Shown here in pieces: positions 10,427 through 17,569 of a stretch of DNA of 27,459 nt (the stretch's first letter is position 1; every line of letters starts with the position of its first letter). Origin of the DNA: an uncultured Oscillospiraceae bacterium. GTDB taxonomy: Bacteria; Bacillota; Clostridia; Christensenellales; Aristaeellaceae. The notes under the pieces are model-generated. The model ran no database searches. It was not told the origin of the DNA and was given only the letters and a program-made list of their open reading frames with translations. Made by a program: the position numbers and the translations under genes. The stretch lies in contig CAZACG010000002.1 of assembly GCA_964483645.1 (NCBI GenBank), positions 1-27,459 of the forward strand. The letters run 5' to 3'.

Positions 10427-11365
10427 ATGCTCAAGGGAAAGAAACTGCAAACGGGGGATACGATCGGCTTGATCGGTCCATCGGGCGCCGTGCGTACGGA
10501 GGGTGCGGTTGAGCGCGCCGTCGAATATGCCAAAGGGCTGGGCTTTCAGGTGAAGCTTGGCGAGAGCGCTCATGCGCGCTATGGCTATCTTTCCGGCACG
10601 GACGAGGTGCGCGCGCGCGACGTTAACGCGATGTTCGCAGACCCGCAGGTGGACGCGATCGTTTGTACACGAGGCGGCTACGGCACCATGCGCATTCTGG
10701 ATATGCTGGATTATGATGTAATTCGAGCCAATCCGAAGATCTTTGTCGGATTCAGCGATATCACCGCGATGCATATTGCCTTTTTGGAAAAGGCAGGACT
10801 GGCGACCTTCCATGGGCCGATGGCGACGGGCTGGAACGATGAATTCCCGGATGGATTTACGCAGAAAGCCTTTTATGACGCGGTGATGAAGGCGGAGCCG
10901 CTGGGTGCGCTGAATAACGCGCAGGGCTATCATGAGCGGAAGACCGTCAACGCGGGAAGCGCGGAGGGGTTGCTTGTGGGAGGCAATTTGTCGCTGATCG
11001 CCGGAACCATCGGAACGCCGTATGAGCTGGATACCAAGGGACGCATCCTCTTTATCGAGGAAATCGGCGAGCGCACTTACTGTGTGGATCGCATGCTGAC
11101 TCAGCTGCGTCTGGCTGGGAAATTCAATGATTGCGCGGGAATTGTGTTTGGCGATTTCAATGACTGCCCTGTGGAGTATCCGGAATTCGGGCTGACGCTG
11201 GAGGAGGTCATTCGCGATATCGCCGCGCCGTGCGCGAAGCCGATCTTTACAGGCCTTCAGGCAGGACATGTCTCGCCCAAGCTGACGCTGCCCTTAGGCG
11301 TACGCTGCGGGATGGATGCCGATGCCTGCACCTTAACCGTGCTGGAGGCGGCTGTTGAGCCATAA
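10427..11365 (+). CDS. S66 family LD-carboxypeptidase (LdcA/YkfA/MccF-like)
   Basis: RGGYG, nucleophile motif GFSDIT, GGNLSL, FIEEIGE (Glu), AGHVS (His); no signal peptide, so cytoplasmic; 10 nt after the M20 gene. Confidence 0.92.
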   Translation: MLKGKKLQTGDTIGLIGPSGAVRTEGAVERAVEYAKGLGFQVKLGESAHARYGYLSGTDEVRARDVNAMFADPQVDAIVCTRGGYGTMRILDMLDYDVIRANPKIFVGFSDITAMHIAFLEKAGLATFHGPMATGWNDEFPDGFTQKAFYDAVMKAEPLGALNNAQGYHERKTVNAGSAEGLLVGGNLSLIAGTIGTPYELDTKGRILFIEEIGERTYCVDRMLTQLRLAGKFNDCAGIVFGDFNDCPVEYPEFGLTLEEVIRDIAAPCAKPIFTGLQAGHVSPKLTLPLGVRCGMDADACTLTVLEAAVEP

Positions 11366-11400
11366 GCCGGGGGAAGGCGTGCCGGTGCGAAGTGTGGTTA

Positions 11401-11430
11401 TTGACAGGAAAAACATCAGCATTGTACAAT
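11401..11430 (+). promoter_or_regulatory. Sigma-A promoter of the CotH-family gene
   Basis: TTGACA (11401-11406), 18 bp, TACAAT (11425-11430). Confidence 0.7.
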
Positions 11431-11469
11431 AAATACATAATAGTTATCCTGATGGACGGAGGAAAAAAC

Positions 11470-13824
11470 ATGAACCGTATCGGATTAAGGCGCATTCTTC
11501 AGTTCCTGCTGCCGAGCGCTGCGTTGTTTTGGACGATGCTGTTCGTCATGCCGTGCGCGCTGGCGCAGGAGAGTGCTGCTGAGCAGGGGCTTGTCTTCAG
11601 CGAAGCCCAGAGCAATAACGATACGGAATGGGCATTGGGCTTTCGGGATTATGTGGAGCTGTTTAATGGCTCGGACAGCGTCGTGATGCTCTCGGATTAT
11701 TTTATCTCGCGCACAGAGGAGGAGCCCTTTGCATGCCATCTGCCGGCCGTCGAATTGCAGCCCGGCGCGTATGCGCTTTTGATCTGCGACGTAGATTTGC
11801 TGGATCTGCGTCTGCCCAAGGAAGGCTGTAAGCTGTATCTGACGCATCGGGACGGAGCACTTGCTGACGCGGTGGAGCTTCCAGCGATGGAAAATAATGT
11901 CTGGCAGGCGGGGCTTGGACTCACGCAGTCCCCGTCTCCGGGCTATCCCAATACCGCGGAGGGCGCGGCGGCTTATCGCGCGTCTCTTGAACAGACGCTG
12001 GTCATCAGCGAGGTGATCTCCTCCAACAGCAAGCTGCTACCGAAGGATGAGGAATATAACGACCTGATTGAGCTGCAAAATATCACGGACGGCGCTATTG
12101 AGCTAGGGCAATACTATCTTTCGGATAAGAAGAGCATGCCGTTTATGTATAGGCTGCCGGACGTGACGCTTGAGGCGGGCGAATGCTATGTGGTGCAGGC
12201 CTCGGGCCGAGAGGCAGAACACGAAGCGCCCTTCAAAATTTCTGCCACGGGAGAAGCGATTTATCTCAACGACGTCAATGGCGTGTGCGTGGATGCAATG
12301 TATGTTCCGGAGCTGACGCCCAACACTTCGTATGGCAGGAGCGAAGACGCCGCGGCGTTTTACGATATTCCGTCGATGGGCGAGCCAAACCCTAAAGGCG
12401 CGCAGGGAATCACGCAGACCCCGCAGGCCAGTATTCCAAGCGGCCCGATGAGCGGGATTGCCGAAATCACGCTGGACGGCGAAGGTGCGATTTACTATAC
12501 GCTCGATGGACGAGTTCCGACCGAAAAAAGCGCACGCTACGACGGAAGGCCGATCGTCATAGAGCAGAGCGCCGTGCTGCGCATCCGCGCGCTGGCGCAG
12601 GACAAGCTCTGGTCCTCCACAAGGACGTATCACTACCTGTATGATGCGGAAAAATACGAGCTGCCGCTCCTGTGCATCAGCGCGCAGCCGGGCGGCATCT
12701 TCGGCGTCAACGGCATTTACACCAACTGGGAAGCGCGCAATCTGGAAGCTCCGATCAATCTTGCGTTGATTGAAGAGGGCGAGGAGAAATTCAGCGTAGA
12801 TTGCGGTCTGAAAATCCACGGACAGGGAAGTCGTGCGCTGGATAAAAAGAGCTTTCAGGTGCGCTTTCGCAGCAAGTATGGTTGCGGCAGGCTGGAATAT
12901 AAATTATTTGAGGATGTTTCGGTCGCATCGTTCAACGCGCTGGTGCTTCGCAGCGGTTCAGAGGATGCGGACCGCGCTTTTTTTCGTGATGAATTTCAGA
13001 CGTCGCTGACGGCGCAGACCATGCCGGAGGTGCTCTATCAGGCGAATCGCCCGGTCAATCTGTTCATTGACGGCGAGTATTTCGGGATCTATTACATCCG
13101 CGAGCGTGTGACGGATTCCTTCGCAGCCTCTCATTTGGGCGGCACGGAGGAGGACATTGACATGGTCAAAGGCTGGAAAAATGAAGAACATGGCAGCCGC
13201 AAGGATTGGATATCCCTGATGACCTACTGCAAGAACCATGATCTCTCTATCGAAGAGAATTATCGGCACGTGGCCAGTCAGATTTCTCTGGAAAGCTTTA
13301 TGGATTACTATATCGCGCGCGCCTACACGGGAGATCGTGATTACCCGAATATCCGCCATGTGCGCAGCCGCGGAGGCGATGGGTTGTGGCGGCTTGTGAA
13401 TTTTGATTTGGACTGGGGCTTCGGCACGCAGCCGGCATCCTTCAGTCAGATGATCGGCAAGGCAAGCGAGACCTCCGGACTCAATACCGTGGTGATCAAT
13501 GCGTTACTGGAGAATGCCGGCTTCAAGGATCAGATGCTCACGCGCATGGCATGGCATTTCAATCATACCTACGCGCCGGAACGCGTGCTTGCGCATCTGG
13601 AGAGCATGTATGAAGAGGTCAAAAACGACATGCGCTATAACCACGAACGATGGCGTTTAAGCTATGAAAAATGGGAATGGCATGTGCAATTCCTGCGTGA
13701 TTTTGTGAAAAACGAGAAAACGGATCGCGTGGCGACCATGGTGCAGAGTGCAAAGCGCGCCTTCCGCCTGAACGATGAGGAAATGACACATTATTTCGGA
13801 AATCTCTATGTACCGCAGGAATGA
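11470..13824 (+). CDS. Secreted CotH-family atypical kinase with lamin-tail-like domains and a CHB_HEX_C/Fn3-like linker
   Basis: ATG 11470 follows GGAGG; signal peptide ending ALA-QE. Two LTD-like repeats (VFSEAQSNN...DYVELFN; VISEVISSN...DLIELQN...YYLSD), then IYYTLDGRVPT, and kinase region KIHGQGSR, KKSFQVRF, LVLRSG, YFGIYYIRERV, NFDLDWGF. Confidence 0.82.
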   Translation: MNRIGLRRILQFLLPSAALFWTMLFVMPCALAQESAAEQGLVFSEAQSNNDTEWALGFRDYVELFNGSDSVVMLSDYFISRTEEEPFACHLPAVELQPGAYALLICDVDLLDLRLPKEGCKLYLTHRDGALADAVELPAMENNVWQAGLGLTQSPSPGYPNTAEGAAAYRASLEQTLVISEVISSNSKLLPKDEEYNDLIELQNITDGAIELGQYYLSDKKSMPFMYRLPDVTLEAGECYVVQASGREAEHEAPFKISATGEAIYLNDVNGVCVDAMYVPELTPNTSYGRSEDAAAFYDIPSMGEPNPKGAQGITQTPQASIPSGPMSGIAEITLDGEGAIYYTLDGRVPTEKSARYDGRPIVIEQSAVLRIRALAQDKLWSSTRTYHYLYDAEKYELPLLCISAQPGGIFGVNGIYTNWEARNLEAPINLALIEEGEEKFSVDCGLKIHGQGSRALDKKSFQVRFRSKYGCGRLEYKLFEDVSVASFNALVLRSGSEDADRAFFRDEFQTSLTAQTMPEVLYQANRPVNLFIDGEYFGIYYIRERVTDSFAASHLGGTEEDIDMVKGWKNEEHGSRKDWISLMTYCKNHDLSIEENYRHVASQISLESFMDYYIARAYTGDRDYPNIRHVRSRGGDGLWRLVNFDLDWGFGTQPASFSQMIGKASETSGLNTVVINALLENAGFKDQMLTRMAWHFNHTYAPERVLAHLESMYEEVKNDMRYNHERWRLSYEKWEWHVQFLRDFVKNEKTDRVATMVQSAKRAFRLNDEEMTHYFGNLYVPQE

Positions 13825-13875
13825 CGGACGAAGAAGCTTTTTGATCATTCTGTCAGGATGGATGCTGAAGGTTGG

Positions 13876-13897
13876 CAAAAGACTGCCATGTCTTTTG
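13876..13897 (+). terminator. Candidate terminator hairpin after the CotH gene
   Basis: CAAAAGAC / GTCTTTTG 8-bp stem with a 6-nt loop; AT-rich and weak. Confidence 0.35.
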
Positions 13898-14143
13898 ATC
13901 AGGCAAATTACGAAGGATATAGGGTCAAACGCCGGAAAAATCGAAACGACAGAGCCATGCCGGGGAATACGTGCTGACGATCAATCCATTGCAGCGTGGA
14001 ATAACGAGATGGAAAACGTCGGCGAGAAGCTGCCAAGCGAAGAAATCGGAGCGCATTGAAATCTCCATCGGGTATTGCTGAAGAACAGACGCTGCGAGCC
14101 GCGCGTTGGCGACAGCGCCCAACCATTCCCAAAGCTGCCATGC

Positions 14144-14172
14144 GAATATTTCTCTTGGGTCAACTCATACTA
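14144..14172 (+). promoter_or_regulatory. Forespore sigma-G-type promoter of spoVT
   Basis: GAATA (14144-14148), 17 bp, CATACTA (14166-14172) matches the sigma-G consensus GHATR-N17/18-CATWHTA; spoVT is a known sigma-G target. Confidence 0.75.
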
Positions 14173-14210
14173 GGGAGGCCGAAAGAAAGAGAGAAGGAGG
14201 CAGCGTTTTC

Positions 14211-14765
14211 ATGCGAGCAACCGGAATAGTGCGCAGAATTGATGAGCTGGGGCGAGTGGTGATTCCCAAGGAAATCCGCCGAACCCTGCGTATTCGCGAG
14301 GGCGACCCGCTTGAAATCTATACGGATAAAGATGGAGAAGTGATCCTCAAGAAATATTCGCCGATTGGCGAAATTTCAAACTTTGCAAAGGATTATACCG
14401 AATCGCTTTTCAGATCCCTTGGGCACATTGCCTGCATTACCGATAAGGACATGATCGTTTCGGCGAGCGGTGTGTCGCGCAAGGAGCTTTGGGAAAAGCC
14501 CATCAGCAGGGATTTGGAACAGGCGATTCAGTCTCGTCAGGTGGTCACGGCGAATCGTGGCAGCGGCACGCGGCTGGTGCCTGTGACCAGCGAAGAGGAC
14601 ACGCAGGCCTACACCGCGCAGGTCATCTGTCCCATTATCGCAGATGGAGAGTCCATCGGCGCTGTGGTGCTCCTTTCGCGGGAGCCCGCAGCGAAAATGG
14701 GTGATACCGAGCTCAAGGTGGCAGAGACAACGGCGAGCATCGTGGGCAGGCAGATGGAGCAGTAA
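14211..14765 (+). CDS. spoVT: Stage V sporulation protein T (AbrB-like N-terminal domain plus GAF domain)
   Basis: MRATGIVRRIDELGRVVIPKEIRRTLRIREGDPLEIYTD...ILKKYSPIGE; 184 aa; AAGGAGG RBS before ATG 14211. Confidence 0.96.
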   Translation: MRATGIVRRIDELGRVVIPKEIRRTLRIREGDPLEIYTDKDGEVILKKYSPIGEISNFAKDYTESLFRSLGHIACITDKDMIVSASGVSRKELWEKPISRDLEQAIQSRQVVTANRGSGTRLVPVTSEEDTQAYTAQVICPIIADGESIGAVVLLSREPAAKMGDTELKVAETTASIVGRQMEQ

Positions 14766-14780
14766 TACCAAAGCGGCAGC

Positions 14781-14804
14781 GGAGAGCGAAAATGCTCTCC
14801 TTTT
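14781..14804 (+). terminator. Rho-independent terminator of spoVT
   Basis: GGAGAGC / GCTCTCC stem followed by TTTT. Confidence 0.8.
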
Positions 14805-14867
14805 ATTGTGCCCGGGACACAGTCCAGGGTAAAATACAGCGACTGTCAAACGAATGCCGAGCAGTTC

Positions 14868-15057
14868 ATACCATTCTCAGATAGACATGATCCATAAGCG
14901 CGAAGCGAATATGGGGTCAAGGGGCGAAGTCCCTTGGCAGGTTTGGGCAGCAGCCCAACGGTTTCCATAGCGAAGCCATGCTCTCAAAGCAGTCAGGGGG
15001 CGAAGGGAACATTGACGGTGGTTTCTCTTAAGGTTCGATGGGATTTGAGCGTAGTAT
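14868..15057. repeat. Non-coding MITE/REP-like element, copy A (190 bp)
   Basis: Shares ordered, equally spaced blocks with 21608-21805; imperfect terminal inverted repeats (ATACCATTCTCAGAT vs reverse-complemented right end ATACTACGCTCAAAT); internal hairpins; no ORF. Confidence 0.75.
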
Positions 15058-15123
15058 CAAAACACATTATCAGGCGGGAGGATATGCATTTGCTGTATCC
15101 GATGTACCCATCGGCACCGGAAC

Positions 15124-15152
15124 TTGTAAACCTGTCTCAATCATGATATAAT
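15124..15152 (+). promoter_or_regulatory. Sigma-A promoter with extended -10
   Basis: TTGTAA (15124-15129), 17 bp, TGa-TATAAT (15147-15152). Confidence 0.8.
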
Positions 15153-15196
15153 CATTCCATGAAAGATTCTGCCTGCTTCGCACCAAGGAGGAGCTT

Positions 15197-16126
15197 ATGG
15201 ATAAGGCTAAGGTATTCAAGATTGTTTTGCTGGCGGCGATGCTGCTTGCGCTCATGCTGCTTGCACCGTCTCCGGCACTGATGGAGGCATGGCAACCGGA
15301 TGCGACGAAGGTCGCGCCGATTGCCATGGATGCGACGCAGGGCTATGTGCCGCAGGAGGACGCCTATACCGAGCATGGCTATGAGGATCCGACGATCAAG
15401 CTGACGCTGGAGACGGATCGCTTTTGCGAGACGCCGATGCATATTGCCCGTGTCCGGATTGCGGACGCGTCCCAGCTGCGCACGATGATGGCGGGTCGCT
15501 ATGGTACGCAGCGCACGGCCTATGCGACGGCGCTGGCCGAGCGCGCCAATGCGGTCTTCACCATCAATGGTGATTATTATTCCTACATTCACACGGGACT
15601 TGTCATTCGGCAGGGACACGCTTACCGAGAGAGAGAGGATGCGCAGCTTGATGCGCTCATCATTGACACCGCGGGCGACCTGCACACGATCTGCGGTCTT
15701 GATCAGGCGACGATGGACGCGGCGCTTGCTGAGTTTGGCGGTGCGGCGGAGGACGGCGGCAGCATTGTGCATGCGTTGACCTTTGGCCCTGCGCTTGTTA
15801 TTGAGGGGCAGCGTGCGCATGAGCAGTTTATGCGCCCGGACGGCAGCGAGAACAAGCGCACCCAGCGCATGGTCATCGCGCAGGACGGCCCGCTGTCCTA
15901 TGTGCTTGTGTGCTGCGAGGGTCCGGACAATACGGATTCGCAGGGCTTGACGCTTGACGAGATGGCGCAGTACATGCTTTCTCTGGGCGTTGAGACGGCG
16001 TACAACCTCGACGGAGGCGGATCGACGACCATGGTGTTCAGAGGCGAGAAGATCAACGCGACGTCCACGAGCAAGAACCGTTCCGTGTCGGATATCATCT
16101 ATTTCTGCTCCGCCTTGGCGCAGTAA
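15197..16126 (+). CDS. Secreted phosphodiester glycosidase family protein (NAGPA/DUF2233-like)
   Basis: Hydrophobic N-terminal signal; motifs INGDYY, LTFGPALV, RTQRMVIAQ, AYNLDGGGSTTM; AAGGAGG RBS. Confidence 0.85.
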   Translation: MDKAKVFKIVLLAAMLLALMLLAPSPALMEAWQPDATKVAPIAMDATQGYVPQEDAYTEHGYEDPTIKLTLETDRFCETPMHIARVRIADASQLRTMMAGRYGTQRTAYATALAERANAVFTINGDYYSYIHTGLVIRQGHAYREREDAQLDALIIDTAGDLHTICGLDQATMDAALAEFGGAAEDGGSIVHALTFGPALVIEGQRAHEQFMRPDGSENKRTQRMVIAQDGPLSYVLVCCEGPDNTDSQGLTLDEMAQYMLSLGVETAYNLDGGGSTTMVFRGEKINATSTSKNRSVSDIIYFCSALAQ

Positions 16127-16141
16127 GGGGAGGAGCAGAGA

Positions 16142-17101
16142 ATGGAACAGACGATGATCACGCCCTACGGCGTGCTCGTTGCGCTTGCCGCGCTTTGCGC
16201 TGTGCTTCTGCTGTATATGCAGCGCAGGGCGGAGGAAAGGCGGCTGATTCGGGAGCTTTGCCTTAAACGCTCGGACGGTCCGACGGCGATTTTTATCGTG
16301 GGCAGGGTGGAGCCGCTGACGCTCTCCCTAGTCTGCATTCCCGCTGCATTTGTCGGCGCGAGGCTGACATATTGTCTGATTCGTGCAGATTTTTATTGGG
16401 TCGAGCTGGGCGCTGTGTCCGTGCTGCGCACGTGGGAGGGCGGTTTCCTGCTCTATGGCGCTGTGCTGGGCGCTCTGAGCGCTGCGGCGCTGCTGGCCAA
16501 GAAGCAGAAGGCGTCTGTCGCCCATACGCTTGACGAGCTTGCCGCGCCGGGGTGTCTGGCGATCTGCATTTGCCGTCTGGCGGAAGGCTTTACGCCGGAG
16601 GGCGTGGGCGTCTGGCTGGAGAATGAGCATCTGACGCATTTTCCGATTGCTGTCATGAATGAATTCGGAGAGTGGCAGCTCGCGGTCTTCATGCTTGAAG
16701 CGCTGGCCGCCGCGCTAATCCTCGTGTATATCGCCTTCCTGCGTAAGGCAGATGGAGAAAGAATACTGCGCGCGCTGCTGCTTTACGCCTGCTGTCAGAT
16801 TGTGCCGGAAAGCCTGCGCATGGACAGTTGCCTGCGTATCGGCTTTGTGCGTGTGTCGCAGGTGATATCCGCGGCTGTGATTCTCGGCGTAACCTGCATC
16901 TATGCTTACCGCAGAGGCGGAATGCGGCTGATCGGCGTTCGCGGAGGAATCGTGTGTGTCGGCATCGTGGTGATTGGCGGTTTGGAGTGGGCGCTGGACA
17001 AGACGGCAGTCTCCAATCCGGTGCTCTATGCGGTGATGGCTGCCGTTTGCGCAGGTCTGGCCGTTAACGCGCTGTTGTTGGCCGGAAAGCACAAACTTTG
17101 A
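16142..17101 (+). CDS. Prolipoprotein diacylglyceryl transferase (Lgt)-like membrane protein, divergent
   Basis: TPYGVLV, GARLTY, WEGGFLLYGA, CRLAEGFTPEGVG and QIVPESLRMD align with Lgt motifs; extra C-terminal transmembrane helices; several conserved residues are substituted. Confidence 0.75.
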   Translation: MEQTMITPYGVLVALAALCAVLLLYMQRRAEERRLIRELCLKRSDGPTAIFIVGRVEPLTLSLVCIPAAFVGARLTYCLIRADFYWVELGAVSVLRTWEGGFLLYGAVLGALSAAALLAKKQKASVAHTLDELAAPGCLAICICRLAEGFTPEGVGVWLENEHLTHFPIAVMNEFGEWQLAVFMLEALAAALILVYIAFLRKADGERILRALLLYACCQIVPESLRMDSCLRIGFVRVSQVISAAVILGVTCIYAYRRGGMRLIGVRGGIVCVGIVVIGGLEWALDKTAVSNPVLYAVMAAVCAGLAVNALLLAGKHKL

Positions 17102-17141
17102 TAGGAATTCAAAACGAAAGTCGCTTTCCTGAAAAATGCAT

Positions 17142-17201
17142 ATGCGCCCTTGATGAGGAGCAGTGAAATGAGACGCTGTTCATCATCAAGGGCGCGTTTT
17201 T
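17142..17201 (+). terminator. Long hairpin terminator after the Lgt-like gene
   Basis: GCGCCCTTGATGA (17144-17156) / TCATCAAGGGCGC (17183-17195), a 13-bp perfect stem with an inner GAGCAG/CTGTTC stem, followed by TTTTT. Confidence 0.8.
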
Positions 17202-17569
17202 ATGTTTAGAGAAAAAGTGATGCTGGAAGAGAACGGTATGGCGGCAAAGAAATGTGCGAATGGATGCAGCGCTATACAATGAACGGCGTTTGGGCCTTTA
17301 TGCCCCAACATCACACTGTATACATGGGGATAAAGCGGAGAAGTATTGGAGAATACCTTATCGGAGAAGCTTTTATGCGATAACATAGGATGCCTTCAAT
17401 GCGGACTAGGCGTGCTCACGCCGACGGAAAATGCGTGCAATTCCCGGCTGCATAAAGAGCTTACGACAGCCTAGCAGCTATGGGAGGCTCAAAATCCTGT
17501 CATATGATTTCATGGCTACTGCGATGGGCGGCTTAAACTCCGAGAGGAGTATTCGGGATTGCCTTGATG

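Noticed and set aside
15031-15050. GGTTCGA, resembling a tRNA/tmRNA T-arm
   Set aside because: There is no cloverleaf or acceptor stem, and the motif is not kept in copy B of the element.
14868-15057. Element read as a CRISPR array or a complete IS
   Set aside because: No regularly spaced identical direct repeats, no cas or transposase ORF, and no target-site duplication.
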